This document shows, piece after piece, positions 40,136-52,397 of a DNA stretch of 64,000 nt (its first letter is position 1; every line of letters starts with the position of its first letter). This DNA is from Nemertoderma westbladi (Eukaryota; Animalia; Xenacoelomorpha), in assembly GCA_032718475.1 (NCBI GenBank), contig JAUCBJ010002506.1:62001-126000 (forward strand), written 5' to 3'. Below the pieces are notes generated by a model. That model did not search any database and was not told the origin of the DNA. It saw only the letters and a list, made by a program, of their open reading frames with translations. Position numbers and translations under genes: made by a program.

Positions 40136-41559
40136 GTACATCACAGGGTTATGAAAATTCTATGATTTTTCGTAGGTAATCCAAGGCGTACTATATACAA
40201 GGCCATGCCATCGAGTTAACTGGGGGCAATATTTTTTTACAACAATTTGATATTTTGATATGGGGAGAGTTCTATAAATTTTTATTTGCTGCAATTTGGT
40301 CAACGGTCGTAATTGAAGCCTCCTCGTTAAGTAAGATACAAAATTATATAGTAGCTAGTGTTTTAGGTAGGTTTAACTAGTAATTTCGACACTGGTTCCG
40401 ACATCCTACTTCCTTCTATAAATATTTTTTAGTAGCTAGTTCTTTTTACTATGTGTATAGAAAATGTTCCAGAATATGTTAGCTATTCATTTAAAAAAAT
40501 ATGTTCTAGAAGAAATATTTTTTGTTCTAGAACATTTTTTAGAAAAAAATCTGGATTCTAATTAAAACGCATGGAATCGTTTTAAATCGTGTTTAAAATC
40601 AATAAAAAAAATTTCACAATTTAAAAAAAAAAAATTTTTCACAATTTATTTTATTGATTTTAAACACGTTTTAGAACGATTCCATTCGTTTTAAATAGAA
40701 TCCAGATTTGTTTCTAAAAAATGTTCTAGAACAAAAAATATTTGTTCTAGAACATAATTTTTTTAAAAATGAATAGCTAACATATTCTGGAAGATTTTCT
40801 ATACAAATAGTAATAAGAACTAGCTAATACAAAAAATTTATAGAGGGAAGTAGGATGTCGGAACCTATGGCGTCTGATTTGAGCCAAAATACCTTAGAAT
40901 TACAAATGTGTACCTTACATTTTTCATTAGCTTATATTTATAAGCATCGCTTAAAAGTATGGTATTTTATTGCATTTGAATTTATACATCGCTTAAAAGT
41001 AAGCTATGTTTTATGTAGTTGACTTTAATAAATCGCTTTAAATAAGGTATTTTTTACAAGTTCTGTTAATACATCGCTTAAAAGTAAGCTATGTTTATGT
41101 AGTTGACTTTAATAAATCGCTTTAAATAAGGTATTTAATTGCAGTTCTGTTCCAACATTGCTTAAAATGAAGTATGTGTTTATGCAGTAAAATAGTTTAA
41201 TGTAAGCTATGTTTTTGCAGTGTTTCGTCCAATCAAATGCGTTGTTGACAATATCTGTAATTAGTAAATAGATCACGAGAGGGCGCTCTTGAGCAATTGT
41301 TGTGTTCCAGTATTCGATCAGCAAAATCGAATTTCTGATATGTAGGGTACACGGTACGGACAGTACGGTTAACAGTATTGTTACAGAGTACTGCAGTAGC
41401 CAGTAGGTATGTCATCTGAAAATTTCATCTTTGAAATTGAGAGCCTAATACGGAGGTGAAAACAAATTGCAGATGATACATATAAGCAGCAACTACTTTG
41501 ATGCCGAGCAATAGGTAAACTTAATAACCAATGCAGCCATTCACGGACGCTTCGATTTA

Positions 41560-42374
41560 CAGTTGGGGAAAGATGCTTATTTAGGCAGTCCGGTCGGACT
41601 TCCTAAATAAGAACCGAGCTGCCTATATAGGCAGTTTTTGTCATTTTTTGGGATAAATTTGATGATTGAAACCACTTAAACGAAAATTGGCATATGAAGA
41701 ATTTTACATATTAGAGATATACCTGTCACTCAACTACTGAGAACAAATTAGAAAAATCTATCTAAGCTTCTTTGATCTATTATCAATATAAGATTGACAG
41801 TTTCAGTTTATTTGCCAATGGCTGAAAATCCCATGACTGTGGTGCCTGAAATAATAACACCAGCATTGATAACGTGGTGCTTAAATAGGCAGTTCGCCCT
41901 CGTTTTGCTTGGAATTTTTTATTCGAACTGCCTATTTTAGAATGTCAGCTTCTTATTAAAAAGATGATGTGTATGTGTGTGTAGTAAGCTTCTTATTTAG
42001 GAACCGCGAATATCTTACAGATACCAGGATACATCGAACTTCTTATTTAGGAACCTGGCATCCTTGAAAATTTTCCTATTTAGGCCCAGCGGCCATGTGA
42101 TTTTTTAGCCACTGGTAATTATACTAGAACTGTAAATCTTATATTGATAATAGATCAAAGAAGCTTAGATGGATTTTTCTAATTTTTTCTCAGTAGTTGA
42201 GTGACAGGTGTATCTCAATTACGTAAAATTCTTCATATGCCAATTTGCGTTTAAGTGGCTTAAATCATCAAATTTATCCCAAAAAACGACGCAAACTGCC
42301 TATATATATAGGCAGCTCGATTCTTAATTAGGAAGTCCGACCGGACTGCCTAAATAAGCATCTTTCCCCAACTG
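41560..42374. mobile_element. MITE with TIRs of about 240 bp and a 5-bp TSD
   Basis: CAGTTGGGGAAAGATGCTTATTTAGG ... CCTAAATAAGCATCTTTCCCCAACTG, with ATTTA on both sides. Confidence 0.85.
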
Positions 42375-42570
42375 ATTTATATCTATTATTCCAGAATTAC
42401 GTTTTGTTACTGGTATCGGCGGCGCTAGGGCTATTACCTGTATTCCCATCCTCTATTAGGCGATCCAGTACATCAATCTTATATTGAAAAATACGTGTTA
42501 AATATTATATTATATTTAAGTTTGAAAATGTCTCATCTGAAATTTGTTGGCACCTCCGACCTCCGTATAA

Positions 42571-42954
42571 AGGCCTGTTTACACGTGGCAACTTTTAGAG
42601 CAACTTTCTCGGCAACTAGCAACTTTTTTTGGAGCAACTTAATTTAATCGCTGTTTACACGTGGCAACTTTACCAGCAACTTTACCAGCAACTTGGCCGG
42701 CAACTTTTAGAGCAACTTGGCTAGTTTGACTGTAAAATTGTGGGTCATTTTATCTACTAGCTAGTTTTTGATAATTTAATTTGATTATCCCACTTTAATT
42801 CGCCAACGCAAATTCCTTCAAGTTGCCGAAAAGTTGAGCAACTTTTACAGCCACCTTTTTGCGTGTTTACAGGGAGCAACTTGATCGGCAACCTGGGTTG
42901 CTCCACAAGTTGCCGAGAAAGTTGCTCTAAAAGTTGCCACGTGTAAACAGGCCT
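42571..42954. mobile_element. PIF/Harbinger-like MITE
   Basis: TIR AGGCCTGTTTACACGTGGCAACTTTTAGAGCAACTTTCTCGGCAACT with TAA/TTA flanks. The empty site is visible in the opposite foldback arm at about 41440-41456. Confidence 0.8.
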
Positions 42955-44122
42955 TTAGGCTCTCAATTTCCGAGATGAAATTTTCGGATGCCATACCTAC
43001 TGCAGTGTAACTACTGTATACTGTTAACCGTACTGTCCGTACCGTGTACCCTACATATCAGAAATTCGATTTTGCTGATCGAATACTGGAATACAACAAT
43101 TGCTCAAGAGCGCCCTCTTGTGATCTATTTACTAATTGCAGATAGTGTCAACAACGCATTTGATTGAATAGCTTACTTTAAACTATGTTTAAACGACACT
43201 GTAAAAACATCGCTTACTTTAAACTATATTACTGCATAAACACATACTTCATTTTAAGCAATGTTGGAACAGAACTGCAATTACCTTATTTAAAGCGATT
43301 TATTACAGTCAATTACATAAACATAGCTTACTTTTAAGCGATTTTTTAACAGAACTTGTAAAAATACCTTACTTTTAAGCGATTTATTAAAGTCAACTAC
43401 ATAAACATAGCTTTCTTTTAAGCGATGTATAAATTCAAATGCAATAAAATACCATACTTTTAAGCGATGCTTATAAATATAAGCTAATGAAAAATGTAAG
43501 GTACACATTTGTAATTCTACGGTATTTTGGCTCAAATCAGACGCCATAGGTTCCGACATCCTACTTCCCTCTATAAACTTTTTGTAGTAGCTAGTTCTTA
43601 TTACTATTTGTATAGAAAATGTTCCAGAATATGTTAGCTATTCATTTTTAAAAAAATTATGTTTTAGTAGAAGAAATATTTTTTGTTCTAGAACATTTTT
43701 TAGAAAAAAATCTGGTTTCTATTTAAAACGCATGGAATCGTTCTAAAACGTGTTTAAATCAATAAAAAAAAATTGTGAAAAAAAATATTGTGAAAATTTT
43801 TTTTTTTAATTGTGAATTTTTTTTTATTGATTTTAAACACGATTTAAAACGATTCCATGCGTTTTAATTAGATTCCCGATTTTTTTCTAAAAAATGTTCT
43901 AGAACAAAAAATATTTGTTCTAGGACATAATTTTTTTTAATGAATAGCTAACATGTTCTGGAACATTTTCTATACACATAGTAAAAAGAACTAGCTACTA
44001 AAAAATATTTATAGAAGGAAGTAGGATGTCGGAACCAGTGTCGAAATTACTAGCTAAACCTACCTAAAACACTAGCTACTATAAAAGTTTGTATCTTACT
44101 TAACGAGGATGCTTCAATTACG

Positions 44123-44370
44123 TCTATTTCACGTCCGTCTGTCTGTGTGTCTGTCCGTCTTGTCTGTCTGTAATGAAAAATTCATTCGTAAATAACTTTT
44201 AAAGATTTTAACCATTTTCAACCAAATTTTGTATCGGTATACTAGAGAAAAGGTTCCAGTATTTTTGAAAGTTAAGAAAAAATACGTCTCGAACTTTTGA
44301 CTCCAGATCAAATCGAACTTGTTTCGAACTTGCTCAATTTCGCGTGCTGCGCGACGCCCCACGAACGTGT
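44123..44370 (+). mobile_element. Helentron/HINE-like element fragment
   Basis: (GTCT/GTCC)n microsatellite and the family 3' end CGTGCTGCGCGACGCCCCACGAACGTG. Confidence 0.5.
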
Positions 44371-45260
44371 AAACTATTAATTTTAATGGTAGATTAAACT
44401 CAAAAATATTTAAGGTTATGTATTCTGTACATTTATGTTCGAAAGCGAAACTTAAACTCTATATCGTATAAAGTTTTAGAATCCGTTCTTGATGTGATGA
44501 AAACCTTAATTATATAATCATATGACACTCAGTGGCGATCAGTTGGATAATGATTTAAGGGTAGAAATTTAAGGGTATTTTCGTTTGTAGGGGGGGGGGG
44601 GGGGGTGGCCGACATAATTGATCGTCGAACACCTCTTCTGAAAAAACGGTTGGTTGCCATGGATTCAAGCATTTTGCAATTTTTTTCATTAAATTATACA
44701 TAATAGTGGGTATAGCCATTGTAATGCCATTAAAAGTCCGTAATATCAGCTATCATATCAGCCTACTATTAGTTGGATGAGATTAACTAACCTCAACATC
44801 AAAAGATAAGTAAAATAGGCCGTCCATTTATTTAATATTCGGATTTACTATAAAGCGAATTCATTAGGACTGTAGTTTGTTTCTACTTTGAACGCCTTCT
44901 GTGGTCTTCTGGATTTGTACCGTTTTTTATCTGTTAGTTTCTTCTTTTGTCTTCGAGTGAAGCTTATTCGAATATGATATATTGACACGCGTCGTAAACC
45001 ACGAAGTAAGGTAAACCTTAACATAAGGGTGGGTAGGGTACCATTACCATTAATCAATCTGTCGTTCTGGTCTTCCTAATATTTGAACGGAAAATAACTC
45101 GTCAATCCTCGATGTAATGAAACCAAACTTGGAACATGTCTGTAAATAATTTGCACGGGGGGTTTTACAGTTCTCCAGTGTGCTGCTAGAGGGCGAAATA
45201 TAAAGTGAAAATCCTTCTTCCTTTTAAATTATTTGTACATAATCTCTTCATAGACACCAT

Positions 45261-46735
45261 AGCGAGCCACGAAGTGAGCGAAGCCTTAGCATAGGGGTTC
45301 CATTCACGAGTTGTCTGTCGTCGTCGTCCAATTTTTGTTCGCTAATAAGTCGGTCATTCCGTGATAAAATTAAACCAAACATGGTACCTATATAGTCCGT
45401 CAAAAAGGTTAGAAAGAATCGAAGTTTGGTAAAAAAAAAACACAGTCTGTCTGTAGTTTCACACATTTGTTAAAAACCGAAATAAGTCAGTGACATTAAT
45501 GAAAGTAATCCAAACTTGGTACACATTAGAGTTGAAACAGAGACCTGTTTTTCTTAATCCCGGTGAACCAGAGACCTACCCGGAGAATTATTTTGAAAAA
45601 TACCGGAGACCAGAGCCGGAGATCAGAGACTTTGCTTATTTTTCTACTTACAATTTGATTACTCCCCTATAGCACAAACAGATACATATGGACTGAGAAC
45701 TATTTTTCTATGGTTCAATTGCAGTAAGTAAATTCAACCCATTTCAACCCTCACCCATTGTAAGAAAATAAGCGCACGTACAGTTTGGGGGGCTTAATTA
45801 ATATTAATTTGATTATCTGTTTATTAATTCGTTCTTATTTTGTTATTTTTAATTAATAATAAGTTACATAAATTTGTTTTGCGCCATGGGTACCGGTACT
45901 TTGTTAATTAAAGGCACTTATTTTACAATTATAGTTCAAATCATATACATTTCAATATACATAGTCATATAGTCATACTCGCTCTACTCGCCCCATTTAC
46001 AAGCATCGTTACCGTTACGCTCGTTCTCTCCATTTGGTCGTCATATTATATATCCTATAACAAATTGAATGGAGATCATCCCTTTCTTTCACTTTTAAAC
46101 ATTATCGGTGCTCAAATTAAGCGCCCTTATCCTTAAATAAGATCCATCTTCAGGTGCTAATTTAAATTAAAATTAAACGCACCTTAAATTAATTAAATAG
46201 AAGATTATCGGTACATTTATTAGAAATATAAATAGTGTAAAAGTGAATATATAATTGTGTTGAAGCGGTGTATGTAAAATAGTTAAAAATTAAAGAAATA
46301 ATTAATTGTAAAAAATTTGTGGAAAATTATCCTCATTTTACATTTTGTGTTGTACAGGATTTATTTTTAAATAACTATTTCTAATTTGTAAAATCACTGA
46401 TCTCTGGGTAAAATAACTGTTTTCAATACCCGGGAACCAGAGACCTATCCAGAGACCAAAAAACTGCCCGGAGAATCCAGAGATCAGTGATAAGTCTCTG
46501 TTTCAACTCTAGTACACATGTAAGTAAATAAGTAGCTACAAAGTATAAAACTAACCAGCAGATTCATCTGAAATTTGGTAGAAGTGACCTATGAACATTA
46601 CGGCTTTATTAATAATTTTGCTTACCAACAGACTAAGTCAGTTCATCTGTCAGTCCCATGGTGGCGTTTTGTAAATATAAACAAGTATTCGGAATACATC
46701 TTCAGGGGTTATTTGAGTCTCGTGCTGCGCGAATG
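45261..46735 (+). mobile_element. Helentron/HINE-like element interrupted by a hAT MITE
   Basis: Start GCGAGCCACGAAGTGAGCGAAGCCTTAGC is homologous to 16310. End CGTGCTGCGCGAA. Confidence 0.55.
45527..46511. mobile_element. hAT-type MITE, complete
   Basis: TIR TAGAGTTGAAACAGAGAC and a perfect 8-bp TSD GTACACAT. Confidence 0.92.
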
Positions 46736-47113
46736 ATTAATGAATAAAACCGTTCTCAACAGCAAATTGCAAAGCGCCACTTTACACACATAATTTTTAT
46801 TAAATATTAAACATTATCTTCTTTTTACAAGAACATTTTTATATTAGTAACCTATGAATAATTGAAAATCTTTTTATATTTTACATTGGTAATAATCGAA
46901 AATCATCGATAATCGATCGAAAATTTCATAAAATCGATCAAAATTTTTTTTAAATTTCGATGGACAACGATAGTACACATACAGTCTGTCAAAAGGTTTA
47001 GAATGTGAAATTCTAATTCTAATTCTGTGAAATGTGATTTTCGCGTGCACCACCTCTGCGACTGAAAACGTCCAGCGCCGGTGAATGTGCCTCGTGCAGC
47101 GCGTAGCCGTAGC

Positions 47114-47381
47114 GCCCATGTAAAGAATACCAGGATTTCACTTTTCGGTCGACTTTTTATTGGAATTTTATATATGAATATTTTTTATTTTTCTTTTATT
47201 TATCTTTATTAAGTCTATTTTAGTACATACTGTACATATACTAATTCGTTTATTGTTTTGGTTAGATTCAGCCCTTCTGTAACCTGTGTTTTTTGTAAAA
47301 ACCTGGTATAACATGGGGGATAATGGGGGTAACTGCAAAGTGAAATATAACGGCAGAAAGTCTGGTATTCTTCATATGTGC
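47114..47381. mobile_element. MITE (copy of 26564-26840)
   Basis: Shared TIR and internal sequence. Confidence 0.7.
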
Positions 47382-48656
47382 CGCACGTAGGATCCAAATT
47401 GTATTGGATCCATATTGTAATGCAATTAGCCGTGATACGGAATGTTATAATTTTTGTTTCTCGAAAAGGCGAAGTTCTGAGATAAAATTATTGTAATCAT
47501 AAACAAAATAATATTTAATATAATAACAAATTAATTGTATTCGAAAATTGAAACATTATTTTTTTTTTCTTAAATCATATGGGACCCGTACATTGAGCCA
47601 TCTAGATGTAAAATAAAAAATTATTTACAAAATTCATAAGGAGTTTATAATGTAATTATATTTTTAATATATTATTTTTGTATATCTTTATCGCCTTCCA
47701 TATCTGGCATCTATCACATCTCGATTGATTTTGAATATTAATAAAATATATATTCTTCGTCGTAAAATATTATTTCAATTTTCGAATTAAAAATCTTAAA
47801 ACTTAAATTAAATTATGAAATCCAATGTTTAATCTCTATAAGAGTTATCGTACGGGCCTCTCGTTGTGTAATCATGTAAAGTTATACATTACAAGCCCTG
47901 AAGTCAATGGAATATTTCGTAGGAAAAAATCAATAATATTTAGATTTATGTTTCCATTTCCTTTGACTTCCTGTTAAATTCGACGTAACAAAGGTGGATT
48001 ATAAACTTCACAGTTTGCAGTTTACGTTAATAAAGTCTCAAACTTCAAACCAGTGCCAAAATAATTGTTCGACTGAATAACTTTAGGGTAGTGTCTACAT
48101 ATTTGTACATTCCAACGCCCATAATATCTCATCATTTACTACTTACACAAATATGCAGCGTATGTACTACGCGGCCAACAGCTAGTAGCTGGAGCCATAG
48201 GCGTACGGGGCGGGGGGAGGAGGGGGGGGGGGGGGGGGGGGGGCTGCAGCCCCCACGGTGAACCAAAAAATGGGGGCGAAAAATCGGAGGGGGAGGGGGG
48301 GGGGGGAGAATTTTGAGATAAAATATAATCAAGGCAGACAATGAGAGGGAGAGAGTGAAAAATAAAATCGAAATCCCAAGTAAAATAACAATTACAAAAA
48401 ATTGATTTAATAAAAATGTTGTACTAGAAACCAGAATCATCGTAGTCACTTACACGTACTACAGTACATGAGAAATTAAAAGACAGAACAAGATGAAGAT
48501 AATATATAAATAAGTATCCTGGCTATATTTACAAAAAAACTTGAGAATTGGGCAATGCTGGCGTCTGGTTGCTGGCAGCCCATAAAACAGGCAGCAGCAT
48601 AATTAATGGTGTTTACCCAGAAACTGGAAGTAATGCAGTAGGTAGGACGCAGTGGC

Positions 48657-49479
48657 GGTACGGCTAATGTCGCGTTACGGCTACTCAAAAAGTCGCGTTA
48701 CGGCTAATTTTCAGATTAGCCGTAACACGACTTTGAAAGTCGCGGTACGGCTACTCAAAAAGTCGCGTTACGGCTAATTTTCAGATTAGCCGTAACACGA
48801 CTTTGAAAGTCGCGGTACGGCTACTCAAAAAGTCGCGTTACGGCTAATTTTCAGATTAGCCGTAGCACGACTTTGAAAGTCGCGGTACGGCTACTCAAAA
48901 AGTCGCGTTACGGCTAATTTTCAGATTAGCCGTAACACGACTTTGAAAGTCGCGGTACGGCTACTCAAAAAGTCGCGTTACGGCTAATTTTCAGATTAGC
49001 CGTAACACGACTTTGAAAGTCGCGGTACGGCTACTCAAAAAGTCGCGTTACGGCTAATTTTCAGATTAGCCGTAGCACGACTTTGAAAGTCGCGGTACGG
49101 CTACTCAAAAAGTCGCGTTACGGCTAATTTTCAGATTAGCCGTAACACGACTTTGAAAGTCGCGGTACGGCTACTCAAAAAGTCGCGTTACGGCTAATTT
49201 TCAGATTAGCCGTAACACGACTTTGAAAGTCGCGGTACGGCTACTCAAAAAGTCGCGTTACGGCTAATTTTCAGATTAGCCGTAACACGACTTTGAAAGT
49301 CGCGGTACGGCTACTCAAAAAGTCGCGTTACGGCTAATTTTCAGATTAGCCGTAGCACGACTTTGAAAGTCGCGGTACGGCTACTCAAAAAGTCGCGTTA
49401 CGGCTAATTTTCAGATTAGCCGTAACACGACTTTGAAAGTCGCGGTACGGCTACTCAAAAAGTCGCGTTACGGCTAATC
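48657..49479. repeat. 70-bp hairpin-forming tandem repeat, about 11.5 copies
   Basis: Exact 70-nt period. Each unit contains AAAGTCGCGTTACGGCTAAT-tttcag-ATTAGCCGTAACACGACTTT. Confidence 0.95.
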
Positions 49480-49589
49480 TATTGTCTTGGTTTTACACAG
49501 GGAATCATTATCAATATTATTCTATGGTGTTTACGTACAGATGAGAAAGGTTCGAAAAATTTAATGTAATAATGTTTTACAGCATGGGA

Positions 49590-52140
49590 TGTCAACCAAC
49601 GCTCTAACATTTCCTTTAACATTCACTTTATATCACTCGATTTACTTTACCTCACTCGCTTTACCCGCCTTTAATCGATTTCTCTCTCTCTCCCTGTCTC
49701 TCTCTCACTCTCTCTCTTACTCTGTGTTAATTACTTCACTTTCTTACTAACTCCGATCGCGAGTTGTTAGTGCTAGTACTTGACCTCACCCTCTCAATTA
49801 CTTTCACTTTCTTACTAACTCCACACGTGAGTTGATTGTGGTAGTACTTGACCTCACCCTCTCAATTACTTTCACTTTCTTACTAACTCCACACGTGAGT
49901 TGATTGTGGTAGTACTTGACCTCACCCTCTCAATTACTTTCACTTTCTTACTAACTCCACACGTGAGTTGATTGTGGTAGTACTTGACCTCACCCTCTCA
50001 ATTACTTTCACTTTCTTACTAACTCCACACGTGAGTTGATTGTGGTAGTACTTGACCTCACCCTCTCAATTACTTTCACTTTCTTACTAACTCCACACGT
50101 GAGTTGATTGTGGTAGTACTTGACCTCACCCTCTCAATTACTTTCACTTTCTTACTAACTCCACACGTGAGTTGATTGTGCTCGTACTTGACCTCACCCT
50201 CTCAATTACTTTCACTTTCTTACTAACTCCACACGTGAGTTGATTGTGGTAGTACTTGACCTCACCCTCTCAATTACTTTCACTTTCTTACTAACTCCAC
50301 ACGTGAGTTGATTGTGGTAGTACTTGACCTCACCCTCTCAATTACTTTCACTTTCTTACTAACTCCACACGTGAGTTGATTGTGGTAGTACTTGACCTCA
50401 CCCTCTCAATTACTTTCACTTTCTTACTAACTCCACACGTGAGTTGATTGTGGTAGTACTTGACCTCACCCTCTCAATTACTTTCACTTTCTTACTAACT
50501 CCACACGTGAGTTGATTGTGGTAGTACTTGACCTCACCCTCTCAATTACTTTCACTTTCTTACTAACTCCACACGTGAGTTGATTGTGGTAGTACTTGAC
50601 CTCACCCTCTCAATTACTTTCACTTTCTTACTAACTCCACACGTGAGTTGATTGTGGTAGTACTTGACCTCACCCTCTCAATTACTTTCACTTTCTTACT
50701 AACTCCACACGTGAGTTGATTGTGGTAGTACTTGACCTCACCCTCTCAATTACTTTCACTTTCTTACTAACTCCACACGTGAGTTGATTGTGCTCGTACT
50801 TGACCTCACCCTCTCAATTACTTTCACTTTCTTACTAACTCCACACGTGAGTTGATTGTGGTAGTACTTGACCTCACCCTCTCAATAACTTTCACTTTCT
50901 TACTAACTCCACCCACACGTGAGTTGATTGTGCTAGTACTTGACGCCCTGTCCTCTCTTATTTTCGCCTCGGTTATGTATTGATCGTTTTGTCCCAAAAT
51001 TGTAATACTCACTTCGTCTCCAAATTATGTCATTGTTGTCACCGGTATTTTAATCAAAAGGTTCGCATGTTTGCATATTTGTACACACACATATCGAAAA
51101 ACTAGGCTTTCATTTCCGTAGATTGACCAGTCTATCCATAGCAGAAACTAACAAAATTCCTTGACTTGGTGCGGCACCCTCAATATAATCTGACCATTTA
51201 AATTATCAAAATACGTACTACACACCCATCCATCTTACTAACATAATCATTCGTACAGTACGTGGACTCGGGTTACAGCGGGATTCCACATTTCATTCAT
51301 ATAATAAACCCCCCAAGTCTTGTCTTACTAACATGATCATTTTGTACAGTACGTGGACTCGAGTTGCCGCGAGATTCCACTTATCATTCACTTAACAAGC
51401 CCCCCCTCAGTCCCACTAACATTATCAAGTACTGTAAGTGGCCCCAGGTTAAAGCGGGCTGCCACATGTTCACTCATATAACCACCCCCCTCTCGATATA
51501 TACTGACATTATATTATATAATTAATAATAATAACCCTTCACAACGCCCATCAACCTCAAACAGAATTATTGAATCTCTGCACATTCATTGGTCGAATCT
51601 ACTAATTTGTTAGCCCTAGTATGTTAGCACCGCCATGTGTTACATCAATGCAAACCTCATGTTTTAGGCCTGACCCCCTCCATTCAGCATCTTGACCTCC
51701 TGTTATCACCTCGCGATGTAATAATTTACCATTATATACTTCATTCTGAGCAATTTCGTCAGTCTTCCTATTTTCTCCACTGGTTGTCACAAATTGTTTT
51801 TTACCGCTCGCTCGCTCGCTCGCTCACTCCCCGTCCGCTCGCTTGCTCGCCTTTTCATTTGTCCCATTTCATTTACTTTGATAACACTTTATTTCTGCTG
51901 ATATTTGTAACCACATATACTCGAAGTAAATGTTTCATTAATTTCCCCTCCCCTTATTTTATCAACATTTTTACTACGTTATCGAAATATATTATGTTAT
52001 TTATTAGTGCTTTTATTGTCCTCATTTCATTATCATAACTGCCCGTGATTTGTAAATACAAAACGATTGAATGCGAGCGCGTTAATAAAGAAACTCAATT
52101 TTGCAACCGAAACCTTCCTTGAGTGTCCCAATGATAGACA
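49590..52140 (+). repeat. 5' LTR (2551 bp, about 18 copies of a 68-bp unit)
   Basis: TGTCAACCAACG...ATGATAGACA, homologous to 59953-61696. Confidence 0.93.
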
Positions 52141-52397
52141 CTTTCAGTAAAAAACAATTTCTTTTCCACCGGCATCTTAGTTCTGTAGTTAGTGCTTAGG
52201 GCGTTTTCAAACTGTTGTAGCCTAGTGCCTAGCGGCCTAGGGTTTTGACAGTGGACCTATTACAGTATTAGTGTAGCTGGGCCTACATTCCAGTACTGCA
52301 GTACGCTACTGCCTACTGCACTGCACTATACTGCCATACACCAGTACACTGTAGGCCTACGCCAGTCAGCCAGTACGCATCAGCCTGACAGCCCGTC

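Larger units (their letters stand above)
40308..44122. repeat. 3.8-kb inverted duplication/foldback with arms of about 1.2 kb, each arm holding a palindrome of about 470 bp
   Basis: 40308-41481 is the reverse complement of 42528-44122 once a MITE is removed. Internal palindromes at 40394-40865 and 43549-44036. No TSD seen. Confidence 0.9.

Noticed and set aside
48657-49479. CRISPR-like appearance (regular palindromic repeats)
   Set aside because: There are no unique spacers, the units are contiguous and near-identical, there are no cas genes, and the context is eukaryotic.
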